From positions 122,328,001-122,392,000 of the forward strand of contig NW_024704742.1 in NCBI RefSeq assembly GCF_018977255.1: a stretch of DNA of 64,000 nt. The letters are read 5' to 3'. The notes beneath the pieces were generated by a model that was given only the letters and a program-made list of their open reading frames with translations, was not told the DNA's origin and made no database searches. The position numbers and the translations under genes are program-made. Each line of letters starts with the position of its first letter. Within the stretch, counting starts at the first letter, position 1. Positions 25,101-37,507 of this stretch are shown piece by piece. Source of the stretch: Callorhinchus milii. Lineage: Eukaryota.

Positions 25101-26784
25101 CTATCAACCTCCTCTTCTCACCATTTCACCTCAAATACACAAACTCAATATGGCAAGGATCAGTGAGAAGAGTGGAGAATTTGCAAGAACTGACCTGAGC
25201 AGAACTTGCAAGAATGGACCTTGTGTATTGAACAGCTCTATGTTTCCAACCAAAGCGGAATTTGCTGTATGGGCAACCTCAGTTCACGAAAATTATAGTA
25301 ATCAGCTCACTTTGAAGTGAGCTGAGGTCCAAGCATTCATCCTATTTATCCCTATAAATAAATCAACTGTTGCATTCTTTGACTGGTATTACCAGTTTGA
25401 TCAGTTGCATTTCTTTGAGGGAGTGCTGTTTTGTTGAAGATGACGTCAATCGGATGAAGTATTAGTTTGTGCACCCAGTCTTCATGGAGTGCCTCTTAAG
25501 TGTTATCAGAGATTAGCATTTAAAAGCCACTAAGAATAGAGTACTGACTTTCCTCAGTTTGTAACTTGTGGAGGAACTCTCAAATGCTGCCTCAGGATTT
25601 AAAAGTTAAGGTAATAATAATAATAATAATCCTTGCATTTGATGTAGCGTCTTATCACATCTTTGAGATGTCTCAAAGCGTTTCACAGAATATACTGTAA
25701 AGTGAATTGACTGTATACTTTGTGGGTGAAAGGTGTGCTGGTCTCTATTGATTGTATAACACCCATGGAATAAGGTTTTGGTTAGTATGACTTCATTTCT
25801 GCAATGTTTCCATATCCATAACGAGGTCCCAATTGGTACATATATTAGGCTCTCTATTGTATGGTCATTAGATTCCATTATTTAGACAGCGCTACATTGA
25901 GGTAGATGTGTAGCTATCACTAGAGGCATTTCATAAAGACTGGATGGAGAAACAAAGTCTGAAGGACAGGAAGTGTGCAAGTTGTGCTTACACAGAAACT
26001 TTCTGTGGCGTTCTCTGATCGTTACACGGATGTAGGCATCCTTGAGTTTATTATCGTTATCAACAAAGATAGCACCAATATTATAGACTAAATAGAAAAG
26101 TATTTAACAATTAGAAAATCATTCAAAAATGGTTTCAAATATATGGGGGTTTCTTACTTTTCAGATTGGTCATATCACACATTTAGAACCTGGGCTATAT
26201 GCTGTACATTGAATTTAAATTCTAAAAGTTGTTTGAAAAAAATGTAAGGGCTTGAATGAGAAATCTGCAGCGTAAATGGCAGCAATAGTGCCTAAGGTTC
26301 ATCTCTTACAGGGATGTGTATTACATCTATTCACGGGGGCTTCTCACATCTGAGAAGTTCAGATGAAGAAGGCCCTTCAACCAATTTGACCTCATCTTTC
26401 CAGAATATCCACCTACCATACCTCATCGCAACATCAAGATGCTTTTTAAATGAGTCCAATATCTTCCTCCCCATTCCCAAACCGTGTGATGTGGCCTTAA
26501 ACAATGTGAAGAGGATATTTGCTGGCTACATTGTTTAACCAGTTTTGTTCCTATGGCCAAGTCATGTCTTGCTAAACTTGTAAATGCAACATCCTGACCT
26601 CAACAACTCTTCCTAGTAACCTGTTCCAGTATTTAATTATCCTTGAGGTAAAGATATACTTCCTGGTGTCTGCCCTGTAATTGCCCTTTGCAACCCTAAA
26701 CCATTGTCTCCTTGACTGCCATCTCAATGCATCTGAAAGTATTCTTCTGTGCTTATTTTCTCAATCCCTTTGTAAATCTTGTAT

Positions 26785-27180
26785 TCAACAACAACAAGAG
26801 CTTGCACTTATATAGCACCCTCCACCCAGGGTAGCGTCTCAGAACGCTTAATTGTGGCAGAGCCTGACGTCGAGCCGGGGTGAGGGGGAGGTGGCCGTAA
26901 GCATGGTTGAACCGGAAAGTCTTCAGGTGGGACTTGAAAGAAGGGAGAGAGGGGGCAAGGCAGAAGGATTGAGGGAGAGTGTTCCAGAATTTGGGGGCGT
27001 AGTTGCTGAAAGCATGACCTCCAATGGTGGGGCGGAGGGTGCCGGTCGAGGGTGTCGGTCGAGTGGAGGCGCCGGGTGGTGGATTGGGGAATAAGGAGGT
27101 TGGAGAAGTAGGAAGGTGCAAGGAAATGAATGGATTTGAACACGTGAGTGAGGGATCTTGAAGTAGATCTTTTCAGTGAT
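26785..27180 (-). mobile_element. L2 LINE 3' fragment, older subfamily
   Basis: RPTIGGHAFSNYAPKFWNTLPQS..FKSHLKTF translation and (TTG)n tail. Confidence 0.8.
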
Positions 27181-29794
27181 GGGGAGTTAGTGGAGCCCTC
27201 TTTCAAGTCCCGCCTGAAGACTTTCCTGTTTGACTGTGCTTACGGCCACCTCCCCCCTCTGAAGTACTACTTTCAGAGACTGTGCTTCCCGATCCGAGAT
27301 TGCCTCAAAACTGGCTGCCTGATTATTATTACACGTAAATTCACATAAGTCGTATCAGTTGGGACCAAAATATTTAATATGATTTATGCAAAGTACAAGT
27401 TATGGGAAACTCCCATAAGTATTATTGTCTGACTTAATACGACTTACGTGAAATTATGGGATGTAATGTGACACCACATTAGTGCCTTCAAAACCAGTGC
27501 CTCTTTTGTTAAAAAATTTTTCTACATTACCTGTCGACTAACTAGATATTCTTAAGCAAAGAATAAGTACAATACTTGTCTTTGGGCCTTTACAATGTCA
27601 ACACCATGATGACGGTTCAAGACCTTGTTTCAAATGCAGCACTACGCATGTGTTATTTTATCAGTGCAACCAGTCAATGCGCATACAGTACTTCCATCAA
27701 TGCAGCAGCAAGTGTGAAAGCAGTGATAATTTCCCACACTTGTGTCAAGCACAGCACTGTGCATGCAGTTCTTCATCAGTACAGCAGGTAAGTGGGGTAG
27801 TTGCAATACAAGTTGGGAGATGATTTTCATTAGGATTATTTGGGACCAAGAAGCAGTTACGACGTAATCTATCCAAATTGTAAATACAACTAGTGCAAAG
27901 AAATCTTAAGTAGGAAATTGAATGGGACTCAAGTTAATGTATGACTTAGGTGATTAGTCGATTTATAACAAGATGACTTATGCAAGTTTACCTGTACTAG
28001 AGTTAAAAAATAGGTATTGTGGCCATTGCATTTGATTCAGCGTGAAGCCAATTCACTCTCTAGCAGTTCCAGTCTTCCTGTAGATAAAATAGTGTGTAAA
28101 CAAACCCAAGAGTTTATTTTGATTTCCATTAAGATTGCAATTCAGTCACAGAAATAAGCCAATTTCTTGTCCAAAAATGAAATGCATCATCCAAAACACG
28201 AATCACTTTGACATCAAGGGTAAAAGATGGATACGCACTAGTAACTGGTTAAAAGGAATGAAGCAGAAGGTGATCAAAGCCTCTGGGTAATTGAAGGGGA
28301 AGATAGGTCGACATGGGGAGGAAATCGGGGTTGGTTTTGGGATGGAAAACCACTACTCGGAAAAGCTGCAGTATTACTGTCCCCTAGCTGTTAGAAAAAG
28401 TGCCTTGTAACAAACTTTATCTAGAAAGCCTATGTATGCCACATTGACCAACAAGATCTCAATTCTGATACAAGATCACGTCGAAGCTGACGTCCTGAGA
28501 AAGTGTCAGTGTGACTCACAGTGGTTTTCCTGTCTTTAGAGGCTTATTTTGTTGTTTTTTATAACCCCATTAAATGGGGACGTCCCACGAGTATGTGCTG
28601 CGACCCTTCCTCCTCCTACATAAATGATCTAGCTTTGCAGACTCCATGCAAGTTAAAGTTGCAGGTGACAGCACGTTAGGGGAAACTGAAGAAGCAGAGG
28701 GGGCAGCCAACATCTGATAAAGACAGCCTGATAAGATATTGAGCTCGATAAGATATCAACCTTGGCTGATCTCAGGCAACTTTGAGTCAAAAATATGTAG
28801 ATACTATAAATGCGTTGTTTTACTGAGAAAAAGCAAAAATAAGCGGTGCACATTCTCCATGGAAGAAATAGGAAGGATGTTGAAAAAAAGTTGAGTTGTT
28901 AGTTAGTGTGTTCATAATATCACAAGATTGGTTTGGATGAAGAAGTCCCTTCAGGCCATCCTTCCAGAACACCCACCCCATCGTCCTCCTGCCACAGCAT
29001 CGAGCTGCTTTTTAAATGAGTCCATTGTCTTGCTCACCATGCCCGAACAGTGTGAGGCAGCAATAAACAAAGTGAAAAGGATGCTTGCTGGAAACGTTGT
29101 TAAACCAGTTGTATTCGACTGGCCAGATTATGTCTTGTTCAATTTGTACACAGCTGAGCTGGATTGCTGCAGACTCGTTGAATTTCCGCTTCAATTTGTT
29201 GCAAGGCAGTTTGCATAATAAATACATTTAAAAGGAAACACAAACAACAAAAAAGACTTGTTAAAGGTGGTGTGTTTCTGTAAAACCTTGCTCTAATGAA
29301 GCATTAAACTTGAAATTACACAGCAATTTATTTTATGACACATTGAAAAAGTACCTGTTATCAAAATAAAACCCCAGGTTCACACTGTTACGCATATGAA
29401 AGAGATGAATAATTACAGGAATTCAGTGGTTAACCACCACTGAAGGGTGTGTTGCTTACAAGAAGCGTGGCATTTATTAACATGTGAAGATCATGGTTCC
29501 TATTTATAATTGAGTATAAGTTATAATTATTTATAATAATTTATAATTCAGCCAAAAGAAAGGGGGCAAATATGAATATTTTCTTACAGAAATATAATTT
29601 CCCAATCTACCTGTTGCATAGTGGATGGTTCATTTCATTCTGCCTAATAATATTTTATATGTATTACATATAATGACCATAAATATACACATATTAATTT
29701 TACTGAATAAAGAGAGTACCTTTTCAAAAAAAAAGTATTTCTTGAACATGTAGTTATGTTCCAAATACTAAAACGTTTAATGCGAATAGTACAG

Positions 29795-29970
29795 CACTTA
29801 CCGAGAATTGGTCGCAAGAGCTCAGTCTAGGCCGCGGCGCTGGGCGAAGCCGATTTCCTGCTCGTGCTGCTTCCATGATCCCGACACATTCCCGCGCATC
29901 CGCAACCAGAGCCGCTCTGCCCGCAGTAGCAGCATCAAGCAAACAGCGCGAGAGACCCCGGGCGTAGCGC
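29795..29970. promoter_or_regulatory. Small CpG-rich island about 2.2 kb upstream of the PDE4D1-type ATG
   Basis: Abrupt switch from very AT-rich DNA to CpG-dense sequence (gccgcggcgctgggcg, cccgcgcatccg, cagcgcgagagaccccgggcg) with no resemblance to the local repeats. Confidence 0.45.
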
Positions 29971-30291
29971 ACTGTGTGTACAGGTTTGTAGCGGGGCCTA
30001 GACCACTGTGTGTACAGGTTTGTAGAGGGGCCTAGACCCTGTGTGTACAGGTTTGTAGAGGGGCCTAGACCCTGTGTGTACAGGTTTGTAGAGGGGCCTA
30101 GACCCTGTGTGTACAGGTTTGTAGAGGGGCCTAGACCCTGTGTGTACAGGTTTGTAGAGGGGCCTAGACCACTGTGTGTACAGGTTTGTAGCGGGGCCTA
30201 GCGCACTGTGTGTACAGGTTTGTAGCGGGGCCTAGCGCACTGTGTGTACAGGTTTGTAGCGGGGCCTAGCGCACTGTGTGTACAGGTTTGT
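29967..30291 (+). repeat. Minisatellite, 33-34 bp unit, about 9.7 copies
   Basis: Unit (gacc|gacca|gcgca)ctgtgtgtacaggtttgtag(a/c)ggggccta repeated head to tail. This explains the CVYRFVEGPRP repeat ORF. Confidence 0.97.
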
Positions 30292-30548
30292 GCCCGGATT
30301 CCACAGTGAAAGAGTGAAAGGAGAAGATTGTTTTCACCCAGAGAGTGGTTGGGATGTGGAATGCACTGCCAAGTATATTGGAGCTTTCTATTGCAGTTTT
30401 CAGGAGGGAAGTAGACAGACATATGAGAGAGGGGCTTGAGGAGGTATGGGGGCGATAAGGCTCTGTGAGCCAGTACAGGCCAAATGGCCTTCTTCTGTAC
30501 GGTAAACTTCTATATTTCTAATGCCTTTCCAGATGGTAGGATATATGT

Positions 30549-30910
30549 GGAGTGTTGTAGTTCAGTGGTTAGAGCACTCACCTCGCAAGTGAGAGATCCG
30601 GGTTCGATTCCTGGCAGGGCGAAACCTTAGGCAAGTTTCCTTACTCTACACGCCTCTGTTTATCTGGCAGTAAGTAGGAGTCTGGTTGTTAATCAATTGG
30701 CAGATCACTTTTCCGGGAGTAATAAGTCCTTCAAAAAAAATGGGTCACTCAATCCATGACTATTTGTGGGATACTGCTGTGCGCAATTGGCTGACGTACT
30801 TTAGCCACAAAATATAGTCAATTCACTTTTACAGTATATTCTGTGAAGTGCTTTGAGACGTCTCGAAGGCGTAATAAGGCGCTATGTCAAATACAAGAAT
30901 TATTTTTTAT
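30549..30910 (+). mobile_element. tRNA-Ala SINE, long form
   Basis: Family head and tail with the extra internal segment at about 30656-30719. Confidence 0.85.
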
Positions 30911-32076
30911 TACTTTTTTATTGACCAGCCCAGCGCGACTGCACGACTCTCATCATCCAGCCTGCACCCCTCCACAATCAAAATAAAGAATTGACCCAAT
31001 TGGGAGTCAGCTGCAAAACCCACATCCTTTGTTGGAGCTCAGGCAGTTGTGAAATCTGCAGCCAATTCCACTGAAAGACATTTTAAACACATTTTTCTGC
31101 AAAGTTACAAAACATCAGTGGCTTGTACATTCCGGATTAAACATGAGGAATACCAGACTAATATTATACTTTTTTTTGTTTTGTTTTCAGCCTTTTTATT
31201 CTGATTTGTTCCATTTAGTAGAAAAACGAGCTGGGTTCCTGGAGCCATATAAAATCCTATCTTTATCATGCGAAAATTGCTACAATGCACTTCACCATTA
31301 TTTGCTTTGAAATTCTACTTAATCTTAAAAAAAAGCTCTACGTTAGAAATTTCACACACTGTATCCATTAATATTTTGAACCCTGAAATTATCGCCGCAG
31401 TAATTTCTTAGAAAGCTGAATAGGGTTTGTTCTCCTGCTGGTAGATAGCCAGAAGCAAATCCGCCTAAATCCACGCCAGGATTTGTGCTCAGCACAGCCT
31501 TGTGCAATGTACTAATAGTTCTGGTTTGTGGTTCAAAGGAAGAGGCAGATTTTGTTTTACTTGTGTGATGCCATATAAGAAAGAATCAACTAACTGACTC
31601 AAGTACTGTACTACGAAGATGAAACTGGTTCAGAATTTCTTAGTGAGCACGTTGGCTGATAAAAGTGAAGCTGAGAGAAAAAAACAGTGAACCCAGTTAT
31701 TATTACCAGAGAAATGCATATTTTATAAATGACTACATTGAGAGGACTTCATTGGCGGGTTTATGCTTTGAAACATGCGGTTCTGGAATGGTTTAAAGTA
31801 ATTTGTTTCAAATCGTCATGGAGCAGTTTTCATGGGCGATAAGAAATTGACTCAACCACCTGGATGAGGATAAAGGCATCGAGTTATTTTATGGAAAGTA
31901 CTACAGACTGAATACGTTTGTTCATTTCTGGGTTGAATAATACCCTCAGATATAAAGCTGCACAAAGAAAGAATTCTTCACTCAGCACGTTGTGTGTCTG
32001 ACTGAACTCTGAGGGTCACACAACAGTTCTTTTTCTTGTGCAGCAGAGAATATCGAAGCTGTAGCGGTGACTTTAG

Positions 32077-32406
<330 letters not shown>

Positions 32407-34027
32407 TAGAAAAATGCAAGCTGCTGAGATGTAATACTAATCTTCAAGATTCAAGTTCTGGGCGATCATTGTGTAAAAGTTTGAAACATGTGAGTGATCA
32501 GAATTTGGCTGGTTTCACAATCTGGTTTCACATTTGCCTTCTGCAATATTACGCTGTCAGTACTGTACTCTGTTTGCATTAAAAGACACCCCTTCACATC
32601 AGCATTTTATCCATGTGGTAAATTTGTGTCAAGTTGCTGGCCCGTACTCTATATCTTCAATATTGTACCTTTGTGCCTCATGCATAGAAGTCTACTTCAA
32701 TCACTTCAGTGTATCTGCAGCAAAGAATTGCACCCTTCCAGGAATCCAGATACAAAGAGGTGCAGATCTGTTTGTGAATGCAAGTTATGTTATCTAAACA
32801 AAAGGATACCTCTTCATATCATAGTCGAGTAGAAGCAGCCTTGCAAGTTAAGTCCTGGTGCTCTTTAATTTTCTCACAGTAAGTTAATAGTTTCAACAAG
32901 TTAATCCAATACAAGCTACTACATGCAATGTAGTCTGAGACATGTCATAGGTGCGTTTAAATATTTCCAACTGTGTGAATGCTGCACAGCCAGGATTATA
33001 GGAGAGTGATTTGTAATCATTGTGTTTGCAAAGGCAGATGTGGATTAATGTGACAGGAGTAAGCTCATTTTAAAGCCAAGCTTTTCCCAGTTTGTCTCTC
33101 TTCCCTTAGAGAGACCGTAATCCTTGTGGACGGCTTTCCGGTTGTATTACTAAAATTATAACAGCTGTAGAGGAATGGATCCTGCCAGTCAGGCCAATAA
33201 TTGTCTGCCTCAGCTGCCAGGTTGTGGTTTGGAAGTGTGCACTTGTCATATAAACACCGTAATACAAAGCAATTGCATGATGCTATGTCAAAACATCTAT
33301 AAAAATAGCATCTGTCAATGACATTCACTCCATTTTATTTGTTTTTCTGGGAACTGAGATGATTTTTAAAGAAGCAAAGTTTATTTGAAGTAGCGACAAG
33401 CCATCTTTCACAGGTTATAATACGAAGCTGTAATTTGGCAAATTTAAGATGATAGAGCAGCACCAGCTTGTCCTTAAACACCTATAGTGTATCCTCTGAT
33501 GTATACTGCTGGAATTACCCCTGATCATGTTCGTTGTGGATCTAGCATGCAGGTTAGTTGCTTTGTGGAACTGTATGGAGCATTTATTTTTAGAACAATG
33601 TGATATTTTATTAGGTCCAGTACAGTGGCTTGCTTTGGATTGAATGCTTTGAGGTTATAACACAAATGGATAAGCAAGCATTGACAAGGTTGCATTTACA
33701 CAGTTGGTGATTTCAGCTTTCACTGCTTCCTTACTGTCGATTACAGTTAGCCGTTTCCAATGGAACACATCCAGTAATGTATAATCCTTTGATAAAATTA
33801 ACTTCAAGATTTATAAAGGTTCACCAGATAAGGAAAAGCAAGGACCTTGGTTATTTTGTCCACACTCGCTGTCTTCAATAATCACACTTAATCATGCAGA
33901 TGTACATGTGTGGATTATCTCATTCGCATTAATTCATAATTATTGATAATAATTAATAATCATAACCTTAGGGAAGTTTCTTTACTCCACAAGCTTCTGT
34001 GTTTTCCAAGCAGCAAGTAGGAATCTG

Positions 34028-34326
34028 TAATAATAATAATAATAATAATCCTTGCATTTGATATAGCGCTTTTCACGTCAGGAGGACGTCCCAAAGCGCT
34101 TCACAGAACACACTGTAAAGTGAATTGACTGTATATTTGTGGGCGAACGCGGCAGCCAATTGCGCACAGCAATGTCCCACAAACAGTCGTAGATTGAAAA
34201 TGACCAATTTAATTATTGTTTTTGGTTTTTTGGAGGGATTATTATTAGGCGTGTGGAGTAAGGAAACTTGCCCAAGGTTTCGCCCTGCCTGGAATTGAAC
34301 TCAGGTCTCTCACTTGCAAAGCGAGT
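34028..34326 (-). mobile_element. Young short-form SINE nested in an older long-form SINE (about 33964-34543, + strand)
   Basis: Host sequence stops at gaatctgtaa and resumes at gtaagttagtcgattgg; gtaa occurs at both junctions (34027-34030 and 34325-34328). Confidence 0.85.
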
Positions 34327-35564
34327 AAGTTAGTCGATTGGTTAGTTAGTTGTCTTCCAGGGTTAATATTACCTTCAGTATGTAAATAATAATAATAATT
34401 TGGTGCACAAATGTTTATGGGACACTGCAGTGCGCAATTGGCTGTCGGGTTTCGCCCACAAAATGTAGTCAATTCACTTTACAGTATATTCTGTGAAGCG
34501 CTTTGAGACGTCTGAACGATGTGATGAGGCGCTATATCAAATGTTTTAAAAATATTTTTAAATATGTTTTGCATTAATAGAGTTTAGAATAGAGATTATC
34601 CTGAAATATTTCCCCTGAATTAATTCTTATTGAAGTGGACACCAGAGAGTATTGGCATTATTCCACTGGGCACCTCTCTAATGTGGATAAATACTACAAG
34701 TTCTTTTTTCAGAACTTGGTACAAGTTCCCTTTTGCCCATTTGCATTGGAGATTTGTCCAGCATACTTTATTTTAAGTATTTTCCTGGAGCTTTTAAGAA
34801 CATAAGAAATGCTGGACGAAAAAAGACTAAGGTCCAACTAGTTCGCCTTCCACCTTCCTGGGGGTTGCATGCACATATGTCACAAACTACCTATGTACTA
34901 TATCCCATAATGTTATTTCCTAAAATAAGAACATAAGAAATGTTAGATTAGAAAAGACCAATGTATCCGAGCTGTGGTGAATTTTTTGTGTCTGAGCTGT
35001 GGGGAAGTTCTTTGCATGAATAAAACTTTGGTTCATTCACGTTTTACATGGCCATAGTCCACGTTCATAGTGCACTTAGAGTCAATTTTACAAATCAAAT
35101 CTCTCTGCGGACTGTTCTTTCCTTTGGGTCAAGAGGCAGGTAAGATAATACACACAATTTTTTTAACAGATTTTCACCAAAATAAATGGGAGAAACATAG
35201 AAGTGGTCGTTCTGAAGCAACATTAATATGATAAGCACATTACCACGCTTGCTGTTGCAATTTAATAATAATAAATAATTTAGACAAACAAGGCAATGGA
35301 ACCAGCAAACAGCAGTGAGAAAAATGACCACAAATTATCATTTTTTTTGATGAATTTTGATAGCAGCATGTGTTGAATTTACAATGATATTTATTTTATC
35401 TGTTGTTTGTTGCACGCCACTGCTGAGTACAGTTTCTGGTCCCTATTGTTGCTTTTTTTTGCATTCCTCTGCAATTTTCAACCCCAGACCTTCCCTGGAA
35501 GTGTTGACACCTGTAGGATAATGTGTTCCATGGCCATTGGTCACCCTCTGATATCTTACACTCT

Positions 35565-35874
35565 TAATAATAATATTCCTTGCATTTGATATAGCACATT
35601 TCACATCTTCTAGATGTCTCAAAGCGCTTCACAGATTATACTGTAAAGTGAACTGATTGTATATTTTGTTGGTGAAACGCGGTAGCCAATTGCGCACAGC
35701 AGTGTCCCACAAACAGTTGTGGATTGAAGTGACCAAATTATTATTGTTTTTTTCTTGAGAGATTATCAGGCATGTGGAGTAAGGAAACTTGCCCAAGGTT
35801 TTGCCCTGCTGGGAATCAAACATCGATCTCTCACTTGTGAGGCGAGTGCTCTAACCACTGAGCTACAGGACTCC
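35565..35874 (-). mobile_element. tRNA-Ala SINE, full length
   Basis: Reverse-complement match to the family. Confidence 0.88.
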
Positions 35875-37198
35875 TAATATACCTGTCTAGACAGTGAGTG
35901 TTAATCGGCTATTCAGCTGCAGAGAGCATCTCAGTCAAGCCCAATTTTGTCCTAGCTTGTTTATCCATACACCAATGGAAACCTTCCAACATGGGTCAGT
36001 GAATACTGATCTTGAGTAGGAACTAGAAACCCTGGTTAATATATCTTCCCCAGTGCCCGACTCCACTCTAGCCAGGGGCCTCAAAGAGAGACCTGGCCTC
36101 CATCAACTAATTCAGTGCAAACTACTGTTCAGATCTGAGACCTAAGTGACCCGTATGGCTCAGTTTCATTAAGAGAATTGACCTAACTACTGATATGCAC
36201 GTTTCATCAGCGCTAAGACCACAGGAACACAGAAGGGTTAAAAATACTGTTCTTGTAACACGAATTTGTAAATATCGAAATCACCCTGAAACCACATGTG
36301 TCGAGTTGACGTACAGGAACTCAGCTCTTTGACACAAACACTTTCTAGCCATGTTGGAACACAGCTCCCATGGGCCACGCCACAATATTTCACATTTATT
36401 TAATTGTAAGATTTGATATTTCCGAGTCCGTTTGAATCTTTTTGCCAAAACTGCATTCTGACCCTTGATGAAAAGCCTTAATCATTGCATTTTTGCAGGA
36501 TAATTATAATCCAGTGAAAACTACCGATACAATAATAATAATCCTTACAATGCTAGCATTTGATATAGTGCCTTATCACATCGTTGAAAGGTCTCAAATT
36601 GCTTGACAAGGTTTTATTGTGAAGTGTCCAGGTGAATGCGGAGGCCAACTTGCATGCAGCACTGTTTCAAAACAGCCATGAAGTGAACGACTGATTCCGT
36701 CTGGGCCAGCTCACCAGGAGAAATTCCTTATGGTGTGATGATGCATCTTATCTGTATCTTTAGATTTTGTTTTGACATTGGGATGTTGCTTCAAGAAGTT
36801 ATTGGAGAAAATCAATAGGAGTGTCATGTGGATGTGTGTCACTGAATGACCCCAGGAATTTAATTCTGACGTGAAAGGTATTTACTGTAGCAATTTAGAA
36901 TGAATGTCAAATAATTTGGCAAATACCACCAGCAGAAAATTGGGTTACACCCACAATATTGACGCCAACTCGTTCTTCCTTTCTTTATTTTTGTATAGGT
37001 AATCATTGGTTACCAGCATTAACAATTCAGGTAAAGAGCTTCCGATTTGGATTTGTGGAAACACCTTTAGTCTTAAAAAAATCTTTACGTTAGAAAAAGC
37101 AAGCTTAACAGTTTTAGTGCTCCGAGAAATGATCCTATTGAGCTGGGGGAGGGGGAAGATGACCGTAGGAGCGGTCACACAAACAGATCAAACAAATA

Positions 37199-37507
37199 GG
37201 AGTCCTGTAGCTCAGTCGTTAGAGCACTCGCCTCGCAAGCAAGAGACCTGGCTTTGATTCCGGGCAGGGTGAAACGTTGGGCAAGTTTCCTTATTCCACA
37301 CGCCTGATAATAATCCCTCAAGAAAAAAAACAGTAATAAATTGGGTCACTTCAATTCACGACTGTTTGTGGGACACTGCAATTGGCTGCCGCGTTTCGCC
37401 CACAAATATATACAGTCAATTCACTTTACAGTCTATTCTGTGAAGCACTTTGAGACATCTAGAAGACGTGAAAAGTGCTATATCAAATGCAAGGATTATT
37501 TATTATT
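37199..37507 (+). mobile_element. tRNA-Ala SINE, full length
   Basis: Family head (CGC anticodon-like loop ctcgcaa) and tail. Confidence 0.88.

Noticed and set aside
25441..25448. Second perfect CRE
   Set aside because: It lies in a decayed Deu-SINE fragment with no other promoter features.
29967..30291. Possible CRISPR array or repeat-protein CDS
   Set aside because: Units are head to tail with no unique spacers, there are no cas genes, and the context is a vertebrate intron. The repeat ORF is a by-product of the 33-bp period.
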